Assembly: GCF_009914755.1 (NCBI RefSeq)
Contig: NC_060925.1
DNA from: the human T2T-CHM13v2.0 reference genome, Homo sapiens
Reading direction: 5' to 3' (one strand)
DNA length: 64,000 nucleotides
A program made the translations under genes and the position numbers. Below, piece after piece: positions 46,531 through 64,000 of the stretch. Every line of letters begins with the position of its first letter. Position 1 is the stretch's first letter. The notes under the pieces were generated by a model. The model did no database searches. It was not told where the DNA came from and worked only from the letters and a program-made list of their open reading frames with translations.

Positions 46531-46957
46531 GAAATTTTAACAATAATTATGAACAATATGTCTATAAAGTAGCACTCACCACAGTAAACAACAAGGAGAA
46601 AAACTACAGAAAACACATTTTTCTTTTTCTCAGCATATACTGAGAGAAAACAAGGAGTAGGATCAGAACAGAATTATCACCCCACCTCCTCACCTCCATT
46701 AACTGGTGGAGCAGTGCACAGAGCTGAGTAAGTAAATCCATACAAACTAGAGGAGAAAGAGCGGTCTGCACTGCTCATCTTCCACCAGACCACTGCAAAG
46801 CAGTATAGTAGTGCCTTTAATCCTGAATGAATAGCTTCTGGTTAAAGAGTCAGTCAGGTGGTCTCTGTTAAAAAGCATCATGATGCTTTCACTTCTTCAT
46901 ATTATTTGAAATTAATAAATAAAAATATACACTATACGGATTAGTATCACACCATCA

Positions 46958-47128
<171 letters not shown>

Positions 47129-49133
47129 TTAAGTTTCTAGCCTAGTGCTGTCATCGGAATCAAGGTAAGGAGCTAGTTGTTTTGATCAAGTTTGCATTTA
47201 TCAGCTATAATACATTACAGTGCAGAGCTGGCCTGCTTCCCCATGTTCTCTTTGCAAAGGGCAAGTAGGCAACAAATAAGGAGCACAGATCCAATACTTA
47301 GCCCTAACCTGGCAGTTTTTCTGCTGACTTTCAGCAACTTTAAAGCTAAAGGAGGCAGAGATCCACAAGCAGAGCATCTGGACCAATCTGCCTCTTTCTA
47401 ATTCCAAAGCAACAATTTAACAAGAGAAAGAAGGAAGGAAGGGCAGGAGGGAAGAGTAGAATAAATACACAGAGAGAAACAAAGGGACAGAGAAACAGAA
47501 ACAAGATGAAGCCAGACGATGAAATGAAGGACACAACAGAGTATTTCTTCAATGTGCATATGACTTTTGGCCTTTTATTAATGTTTTAATCAGCAATTAA
47601 TCATCCCATGCTGTATGGAATGCTCAGGAAGGCAGGAACTGCAGCTTCTCCAGGGTACCACCCACATGGCAACCCTTCAGCACACAATTCTACACGGGAG
47701 CAGACTTCCTACGAACTTAGCTCTGCCACCACCAACCCAGCAGGCAAGTCGCTGAGGGTAGTGGGTATTTTTCAAACATTAGAATAACTTTGTGATCATC
47801 AACTTGCATTTTTTAACGGAGTGTGGACCATGAGTTGAGCGCTGAAATGCACATCAGTGGATAAACATGACAATAATTGAGCAGCACACAGACTTAAGAA
47901 GGACACTGAGCAGAGAAGGAAATAGAAGAACACAGCAGTTTCCTTTGCTCTCAGGCAAGGTTTGTAAAACCAGTTTATTTTCTAAACCTTAAAGAAACAA
48001 CTTAGGAAAAAAAAAAAAAAGAATTCAAGACTCCATTTTGCCAACCATGTTTCTTAGAATGTTTAAACCAGTCACAAACAATGGAATAAAAAAATTCTGT
48101 AAAAAGGTATTTCTGCATTTTTGCTGTGCAGCCAAACTTTTGTATAGCTCACTATACAATAATAATACACAAAGTGAAGCAATTTTTTTTTCCTTTTCTT
48201 TTTCTTGTGGCTTCCTCAAATCATGGGAGTGAAGCAAATTTTATCCAAGCGCACCTTCTCAACCACTCAGGTGAGACAGTATTCGTACTTAATAAGAATC
48301 ACAAGCAGGTGGGTATAGATCTTATTGGGCTATATCTGGATCTCAGTGAACAAACTCTCCCAGTCTCTCAAGCTGGGACTCATTCACTCTAGCTCTTCCC
48401 TATCCCTTATCCCCCCTACTTCCCTAAGCCATCAACATTTGCCTATTCTACCTCATAAAAGTTTAATATCTGCCTCTTATCTTCAACCCATCACTGCCTC
48501 ATTTCAGACCTTCAGCATTGCTGGACCTCTGCAGCCTCCACTGATCTCACTGACACCCCCCTTCTCCATTCCAGGCCTCACCTCCTTACCTCCACACTGC
48601 TACCAGTTCACCCTGCCTACGCAGCCAACCGAGGGTGGCTCCCACAGCACATAACGACTACATTCACATCCCTTGACTTATTTATTTTTGTGTAAACTCT
48701 TCAGCTACATTTTTTTAAGAGGATTGGATAAATGAAGGAATGAATAGCTATTACACACTAAATTATAATAATCCTTCTTAAGAGTAACTCTTATTCGTAT
48801 AAGCTGGTAATAGACACATTTCTTCATTTGCTACATTTGTTGAGAGTTTACTATGCCTCAGCCCTGTGATAGGTGACAGAGAATTAAGATCAATAAAACG
48901 TATTCCTTGCACCAAGAAGTCTGCAGTCTGGTAAAGAAATACTTACAACACAGAGATGTCTATGTTATTACAGGAAAATACAAGGTACTACTAGAAAAAC
49001 CAAGGCTAGAATAACTAATAAGAAACCAAGGTTAGAGTATCCAAAGAAAAATTTGACATATAAAAATCATACGGTACACGGAAACACTAGAAATACAAAT
49101 TTATCAGCAGAGACAAGAATATAGAGCGATTTA

Positions 49134-49277
<144 letters not shown>

Positions 49278-49637
49278 CTAAAACAGAGTATAGAAACATT
49301 TTATTTCTTTATAGTTTAGTTACAAAAATAGCCTTTGGTTAATGAAGACTAAGATTCTGACTTCATCATTTCATGACTCTGCATGTTATATTCTTAAATT
49401 GTACTGAACCACAAAAAAAAAGTTTCAAATGTACACACTAAGAACTAAAATCATATTATTTTGCTACTTCAAGGGCTTTACATTCAAATTCAATACCAGG
49501 TAGGTTTGAAATAATTTTAGATTAACAGTGTCAAGAAAATATTCTGCATAATTGCTAATCATGGATCCATGACCCTCATAGCTCTGTGCAAAACAACAGA
49601 GCTAGACTGTTTCCATCATGGGACTGATAAGGTCTCA

Positions 49638-49847
<210 letters not shown>

Positions 49848-49869
49848 TTAAATAAATTGGGTTTTGGGT

Positions 49870-54500
<4,631 letters not shown>

Positions 54501-54897
54501 ACTGTCTTAAGTTACAGGGATACCAGGAGTCTACACAGACAAAGGTCTTCTTCAGGAAGGTTACATTCTAGGGGGGAAGGAAGGACAGTAAGTTGGCAAA
54601 AAAACAAAAACAAAAACATGTAACTCAAGATAGTGATAAATCCTAAGAAGATAAAGCAAGACAGTGGTACATATGGATTAGGCGATGCTGGGTATTTCAG
54701 GGTAGGCCCCTAAGATCTAAGACGGTCACAAATGCTTTGTTACTCTCCCCACGGAAAGATGGAGTGTATTTCCCCCTCTCCTGAATCTGGGCTGGCCCTG
54801 TGACTACTGAACCAAAATCCTTTGGTTGAAGTGGGGCTATGATGGTTCTAGGCCTAGCCTTCAAGAGGGTCGCCTGCTTCTACTTCACTTTGGAACA

Positions 54898-55436
54898 TGT
54901 GATGGTTAAGTGTCAACTTGACTGGACTAAGGAAAACCTAGAGAACTGCAAAGCATTCCTTCTGATGTGTCTGAAGGGGTTTCCAGGGAAGACTGGTTTG
55001 TGAGTCAGCTGACTGAGTGTGGAAGATCCACCCTCTGTAGGGGCCAGCACCATTCAGTCAGCTGGGGACCCTAATACAACAAAAAAGAGAAAAGGAATTT
55101 CTTTTCTCTCCTGGAGCAGGGACACCCTTCTTCTCCTGTCACTGGACATCAGAACTCCAGGCTCTCCAGGCTTTGGAATCCCAGACTTAAACCAGCAGCC
55201 CCTAGGTTCTCAGGCCTTCAGCCTCAGACTGAAAATTACACCATAGGCTTCCCTGGTTTTAAGGCTTTCACACCTGGACTGAGCCAGGCTACTGGCCTTC
55301 CAGGATCTCCAGCCTGTAGACAGCCTATCATGGTACTTCTCGGCACCCATAATCATATGAGCTAATTCCCCTAATAAATCCCCTCTCATCCATCCATCCT
55401 CCCACCCTCACTGTCTCTCTGGAGAATCCTAAGACA
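54898..55436. mobile_element. MLT2-like solo LTR nested in an MLT1-like MaLR LTR (about 54700-56075, also split by Alu 55737-56030)
   Basis: TG...CA ends, 5-bp TSD gaaca, tgtcaacttgactgg motif. Confidence 0.82.
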
Positions 55437-55830
55437 GAACATATGTTTGTGGGAACACGCCCCTCTTGGAAGCCAGCTGCCACCTTGTAAGAAGGCCAAG
55501 TCACACGAAGAGGCTGGGTGCAGGGGCACACTGAGCTCCCAGCCTGCAGCCAATATCAATGGCCAGCCATGTGGGTGAGCCATCTTGGTGGTTCCAGTCC
55601 AACCTCTGGTGACTGACTTGGTGACCCAGCCAACATCATGTAGAATAAAAGAACTATCCAGCTGAGCCCCATCACACCCCATAAAACCACAACATCACCA
55701 GCAGTAATAAAAGTGTTATTTACAGCCATTACACTTGGCCAGGCATGGTGGCTCACACCTGTAATCCCAGCACTTTGGGAGGCTGAGGCAGGCGGATCAC
55801 AAGGTCAGGAGATCGAGACCATCCCGGCTA

Positions 55831-56040
<210 letters not shown>

Positions 56041-56534
56041 TTAGAGTGGTTTGTTACATGCAAGCAGATAACCACAAGAACATTTAAGGAGAAAAATAAG
56101 ATAATCTTAGGAAGATTTGGAGAACATCCAGAGAGAAGACACAGCAAGTATAGAAGCCCTGAGTGGAGAAGAAGCTGAAGCAGTCAAGGAACAGAAAGGA
56201 GGCCAGAACAGCTGGGTCTTGGGAATGAGCTGGGAGGCAGGGAGGCGGGGAGGCGGGGAGGCGGGGAGGGAGTGGTAGACCACAGTAAAGAGTGTGGTTT
56301 TTACTCTATGTGTAACAAGAAGCCACTTGAGGCTTTTAAATAGGGGCGTGATAGAATCTGGTTTACATTCTAAAAGACATTACTATGGCTACTATGTAGA
56401 GATTAGAATGGAAGATTATCAGGAGGTTAGGAAGATCTGTAGTCATCCACTTCAGAGATGAAGGTGACATGAGCTAAAGACAGCAGCAAAGGTGATGACA
56501 AATGGTCAGACTTTTAAAATCTGTAGGTAGACCC

Positions 56535-56940
56535 TACTACATCTGGCAAAATGACCAGCTAATAGGTCACTAGGCATATTTCTTCTTCCTTCTGGACAAA
56601 TGATGACTGTATGTCTCAGCCTCTCTGTGAAGTATGGCCACGTAATAGTTAAGTTCTAGCCAACCCAACGGATAGAAGGGATATGCACCACATCCAAGTC
56701 TGGCCCATGAAAACCTCCCAGCTGCCCTCTCCCAACCAGGGAATTCCCAGGACACTGAGCCCTGGAGGAGGGCAGCCAAACTATGCAGGCACCTGGGCCC
56801 CTAAATGACCACCTGGAAGGCCACCCACTAAGTGGGAATATAGCTTTTCACTTTCATGTGAGCAAAAATTAATTTCATTTATGGCATATACTGAGATATA
56901 GGGGTTTATTTCTTATAACATCTCTTGCTACTCTAATACA
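56535..56940. mobile_element. MLT1J-like MaLR LTR within L2 remnants
   Basis: agttaagttctagccaa...tctggcccatgaaaacctccca...ctctaataca. Confidence 0.6.
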
Positions 56941-57560
56941 GAAATACACTATAGAAATTGCTGAAAATTTGGATGTCGGTAAGGACAAGTGAAGATTTGG
57001 GACGATTTCTATGTTTGTGGCCAGGGCAACTGGGAGAAGGGAAAAGACTGAAGAAGACTGCAAGTTCTGAAAGATCAAGAGTTTTGTTTGGATATAGTAA
57101 ATCTGAAGTGTCCACTGATGTCCAAGTAGAGATTATAAATATGCAGGATGAAGCTAAGGAGAGCAGTGGGACTACATTTGAGAACGATCAGAATGTAGAC
57201 GGGGTTTAAAAGAGATGATCTGGGTAAGATCACCAGAAGATTTATTATGAGGACAAAAGACTGAGTCCTGGGCAAGCCAACATTCGGGGATCAGAAAGAA
57301 GAGGAGGAACCAGCAAGAGATAATTCTAGTGAGTGCTATGAGGCAGGAAGAAAACCAAGAGAGGTTGGAATTTCAGAAGCCAAGTGAAGAAAGGAGAGAG
57401 CAGACAAATATGTTGAATGCCGCTAAGAGGTCAGGCGATCAGAGGGCAGCAAACTGACCCCTGGATTTGGTACAGCAGCTTTAACAGAGAAAGCCTACCG
57501 GGAATGGTTAAAGGAATCATTCAGGTAAAGGTTTTGGATCAAGGTAACACAGTAACTCTA

Positions 57561-59085
<1,525 letters not shown>

Positions 59086-60910
59086 TACTCCCAAAGCACT
59101 TCCCCAACTCCTACTCCTGGCCAAGATGGAGTAACAGGGACCAGATTTACCCTCCTGCCTGAACAACCAAAGCTCTGCACAAAATAAATAGAACAATAGT
59201 TTCTGGCCGGTTGTGGCGACTCACGCCTGTAATCCCAGCACTTTGGGAAGCCAAGGCAGGAGGAACACTTGAGCCCAGGAGTTCGACACCAGCCTGGGCA
59301 ACTTAGGGAGATTCCATCTCTACAAAACTTGAAACAAAATTTAGCTGGGTGTGGTGGCATACGTCTATATTTCCAGCTACTTGGAGAGGCTGAGGTGGGA
59401 GGATCACTTGAGCCGGGGAGGTTGAAGCTGCACTGAGCCGAGATCACGCCACTGCTCTCCAGCATGGGTGACAGAGCAAGACCCTGACTCAATTAAAAAA
59501 CAAACAAACAAACAAAAAACACTAAAATCACTGTTATGCTCTGGAGATACTTAGAAATACTGAATAACTGTATACTTTATTGGAAAAAATTAAGAGTTCA
59601 ACTAAGGAAGAAAGCCATGGAAGAAGCAAATACCAGAGAGGAGAGTGAAGGCTAATCAGGGCAATAGAAGACAAGCCAAAATATGCAATGGGCAAAAACT
59701 AAGGAGGGACTTAATTTCAAGAAAGTGGTATCAAGCGTATTCAATACTTCAGAGAAGTGGAGAGGAACAAAGTCTGGAAAAAAGCCATTGGATTGGTTAA
59801 TTAGTTGGCCATTTATGACCTTTCAGAGAATGACAGTGAGAAGCCTAATTCTCTAAGTGGTTAAGAAGTAGGTGACAAAGGGAGTGTGTAAACTGGAGAG
59901 AGGCTCCAAGATGGGAGTGCATGAAATTAAGGTTACGGGAAGGGTTCTTCATAGGCAATGAGGTTATATACTCCATAAATAGAAATGAATGAAGATGGAT
60001 GAAGACAAAATTTCTAAAGTAAAAAGAGAAACTGACAGATTTCATATTATAATATGATATGAAGTGGACAGAGAAATTAAGAGTAATTTGCATTTCTAAC
60101 ACTGTGAGGAGGTTAGGATGGGGGAAACGGAGATTTGGAGGGGAAAAAAGGTACTACAGGAGGCATTATACAAAGGGAAGTGAATAAAAAGCCTGTCAAG
60201 CAGTTGAGATTTTTTTTTCTTTTTTATAGAGACAGGGTCTTGCTATGTTGCCCAGGCTAGTCCCGAACTCCTGAGCTCAAAGGATCCCCCTGCCCGCCGC
60301 CTTGTCTTCCCAAAGTGCTGGGATTACAGGTGAGCCACTGTGCCAGCCAGGCAGTTGAGTTTTGACTGTGACATCCACAAAGTCGTACTATTGGCAACTA
60401 TGTTACTTTCTACAGTAATAACCAGCAGTTCCATAGATTTCTCCAGGGATAGAGATTAGCAATGCAGAAATGATGGAAGACAGGAGGGTAAGACAGAATA
60501 GAAGAATCAGCTAGAAATTCAAGCCCTCCTGCCAGATCCCCATGGTCACTGATTGAAGGCTGGAACTCCTTGAGAAATCCTAAAACGAATCTCACACTTC
60601 CTCCAAACAAAGCTACATCTAAACCTGCTGAAGAGTTTGTTAAAAAAAAAAAAAAAAAAACGATTCTGATTCAGTAAATCTGAGGTAGGTCTGAGATCTC
60701 CACTTCTAACAAGCTCCTGGTGATGCCGCAGACCACACTCTTGAGTAGCAAAGTGTTAATCGAAAGTAACCATCCTAGCTAGTTTCGTTTAATGGTGGCA
60801 CCTATGTCATTCTAGTACTTGTCAGGGGACACTACTCTTTCTCTCTCCCGCAGTCCCTACTATTTTTACCATTTCTCTCCTGTCTCAGGCTTCGGTACTA
60901 ATAATTTTTA

Positions 60911-61266
<356 letters not shown>

Positions 61267-61669
61267 TTACATTAATTTAATCCTCACAAAACTACTGGAA
61301 GTAGTACTCTTATCTTCACTCATCTTCATTTTACAGATCACACAAAGTAACTTGCCTAAGACCACCAGGCTAGTAAGTGGTAGAACCCAGACTGGCTCTA
61401 CTTAAACTGCCTCTCCAGGGCAAAAGTACTAATGGCTCTCAGGGGCTTCTCTGAGAGGATAGGGTCTTAGAGTGGAGAGGACCTGTTGGAACGACATCTC
61501 CACAGAGCGGGAAATAGGGAGAGTAGTTTATAGTAGCTACTAGACTGGAGAACTACCAGGAAACACAGATCGTCGTGCAGACGGCCAGGCAGTGAGTAGA
61601 AATGGGCACAAAAGAAAAAGTCTTTGGTTTCAACGAAAGCACATGAGTAATGGGAAAGGCAAGACTAAC

Positions 61670-61830
61670 CTGGATTAGTAGAGTCAAATCCTGTTTTAGA
61701 CTAGAAGTACCAGGGTATAAGTCGGGAGGCTGCAACTTATTTCGTATGCTTATGCAGTTTCTTGGAACCATGGCTCTCAAACTTGCGAATTTGCATTTTT
61801 AACAATTTCCCAGATGACGATAAAGCTAGT
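61670..61830 (-). other. CLCC1: CLCC1 5'UTR exon 2 (161 nt, partly MER5-like, two uATGs)
   Basis: Minus-strand ttcttcccag acceptor and CAG|gttagt donor; lies between the promoter and the first coding exon. Confidence 0.72.
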
Positions 61831-62419
61831 CTGGGAAGAACACTTCATAATCACTATTATAAAGAAAACCTGAATTGTTTTTCACCACCCAGTAATAAAC
61901 CTACAGCTTATGGTGTGTCTAACTTTTTACACTCAAATCAGATTTGGAGCCAGGCGCAATGGCTCACGCTTGTAATCCCAGCACTTTGGGAGGCCAAGAT
62001 GGGAAGATCCTTTGAGCCCAGGAGTCAGAGACAAGCCTGGACAACACAGGGAGACCCCTTCTCTACAAATAAAATTTACAAATTAGCCGGGCCTGGTGGC
62101 GCGCACCTGTGGTCCCATCTACTCAGGTGGCTGAGGCAGGAGAATCGCTGGAACCCGGAAGGCGGAGGTTGCCGTGAGCGGAGATAGCACCACCGCACTC
62201 CAGCCTGGGTGACACAGCAAGACTCCGTCTCAAAAAAAAAAAAAAAAATCCAATTTGGAGGTTGTTTTGTGTCCGTTTTTGTTGTTGTTGTTAACTGTGT
62301 TAATTCACAGATTTGAAGTTTTAGAAAATTAACTACAACTAAATCCGAGCTATTCTGCTGACAGCATTTATTCAAATTATGCTTAAAGTTTTCAGAGATA
62401 ACCAAAGCCAACAGAATTC

Positions 62420-62990
62420 AACGTGCGCCCAGGTCTCGCTTTGCCCTCGCTGTGCCTTCTCCGTAGGCCGCTCTCTGGGCCAAGCACCTCCCCGGAACGC
62501 GCGCAACCGCGGCGGACAGGCAGCCGCCGGCGCGGGAGCTGAGGTAGGAGCCCGGGGCACCCACAGGCCGCAGCGGACGCACGCAGCTAGCACGGTCCCC
62601 GCCCCGGGTCGCGCCTGCGGCCTCCCCAGCGTCTGCGCCGCGAGTCCGCTGGACCCGCCAGGGCGTAACGGCGGGTAACCCGCCCCACCCGCCGCACAAC
62701 ACACCCAACTGCACGGACTCACGTCCGGGATCCCCTGCCTGCCTCTCGAGGAAGACACCTGCCCAGGCCGGCCGCAGAAGAGGTCGCACAGCTTGCCGCC
62801 GCCCAGGGTTTCAGCGTGCTTCCTGGGCCTCGTCATCGAATTGTTCGGCTGACGGCTGCGTGTCCCTCCCCCGTTGCGGGCCGCTGATTGGCCTCGTTGA
62901 TTGGGCGGGGCTAGTAGCGGGACCGGCCTCTGCGCGCGGGTTATTTTCGCCGCGGATTTTCTTTTACTTTTCATCTGCGGAACTCTTTCT
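62420..62990. promoter_or_regulatory. CpG island / CLCC1 promoter with two CCAAT boxes and a GC box
   Basis: Only non-Alu CpG-rich stretch in the window; ATTGG at 62887-62891 and 62900-62904; GGGCGGGGC at 62903-62911. Confidence 0.88.
62723..62840 (-). other. CLCC1: CLCC1 non-coding exon 1 (TSS approximate)
   Basis: Inside the CpG island, downstream of CCAAT/GC boxes; minus-strand donor GAC|gtgagt at 62723/62722. Confidence 0.6.
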
Positions 62991-63559
62991 GCGAAGGAAA
63001 TCTCGCCTGGAACTCAAATATATACAACGGATAGGAAACCTATTTTCTTACTATTAATATATTTGATAAGTTTGAATGTGTAACATTCGCCATGAAACGC
63101 AAGCATGATTTTTTTTTTTTTGAGGCAGAGTCTCACAGTGTTGCCCAGGCTGGAGTGCAGTGGCGCGATCTCGGCTCGGCTCACTGCAACCTCTGCCTCC
63201 CGGGTTCAAGCAATTCTCCTCTCTCAGCCTCCCGAGCAGCTGGGACTACAAGCGCGCACCACCACATCCAGCTAATGTGTATTTTTAGCAGAGACAGGGT
63301 TTCACCATGTTGGCTAGGCTGGTCTCGAACTCCTGACCTCAGGTGATCCGCCCGCCTCGGCCTCCCAAAATGCTGGGATTACAGGTGTAAGCCACCGCGC
63401 CTATCCACAAGCATAATTTTTTAAAGGGAGGATCACGAATGACAACTGTAGTTCTACTCAGGGCAGGACAAGGGAAAGGTCTGCACACTGTAGGGCAGTT
63501 GGAAATAGTTTTGTTTTTGTCTTTAACTGCTGGCCTTGCAATCTCGGGAAACTGTGAAG

Positions 63560-64000
63560 ATGGTAAAATTTACTATCTTAACCATTTTTAAAGGTACAAT
63601 TCAGTGGTATTAGATACATTCACATTGTTATGCAACCATTACCACCATCCATCTCCAGCACTCATCTTGCAAAACTGAAACTCTGTACCCAGTAAGTGGT
63701 AACGCCTCATTCTTCCCCTCCCTCCTTCCCAGCGACTACCATTCTTTCTGTCTTTATGAATTTGACTACTCTAGGTATTTCATATAAGGACTCATACAGC
63801 ATTTGTCTTTTTGTAACTGATTTCACTTACCATAATGTCCTCAAGGTTCATCCATGTGGTAACGTGTCAGAATTTCTTTTAAGGCTGAATAGTATTCCAT
63901 TTTATGTATATACCAGTTCATTCAGTCATCTGTTAATGGATAACAGGTTGTTTCCACTTTTGGCTACTGTGAAATAATACTGTAAACATGGATATACAAA
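63560..64000 (-). mobile_element. L1M 3' end
   Basis: attcacattgttatgcaaccattaccaccatccatctccag...aaggctgaatagtattccatt. Confidence 0.88.

Noticed and set aside
62870-62911. Possible ERSE (CCAAT-N9-CCACG) in the CLCC1 promoter
   Set aside because: Two CCAAT boxes are present but no CCACG at the required spacing.
62372-62974. 200-aa minus-strand ORF and overlapping ORFs in the CpG island
   Set aside because: Ala/Arg/Gly/Pro-rich stop-poor frames are expected from GC content; it starts upstream of the likely TSS and has no recognisable domain.

Overview
Primate (human-like) genomic DNA, not prokaryotic. The + strand holds the 3' part of GPSM2 (LGN): 8 coding exons between 1133 and 29296, encoding the last TPR repeats, the linker and four GoLoco motifs. 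The - strand holds essentially all of CLCC1 (ER chloride channel CLIC-like 1): a CpG-island promoter near 62.4-63.0 kb, two inferred 5'UTR exons, 10 coding exons totalling 1656 nt (551 aa plus stop), and an inferred 3'UTR intron and non-coding last exon. The genes converge tail-to-tail around 29-34 kb. The rest is Alu-dense intron with L1, L2, MIR, DNA-transposon and LTR remnants; most ORF-track entries are Alu artefacts. I see no new multi-gene system. Best second-look items: a strong-Kozak 51-aa uORF from a transposon-derived CLCC1 5'UTR exon overlapping the main ATG, a 3'UTR intron 45 nt after the CLCC1 stop, a near-perfect 3 x 146-bp tandem repeat in the shared 3' region, a duplicated decoy donor in a CLCC1 intron, and very closely spaced inverted Alus. 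Exon boundaries were read by hand from GT/AG sites and frame continuity; repeat boundaries and subfamily names are approximate.
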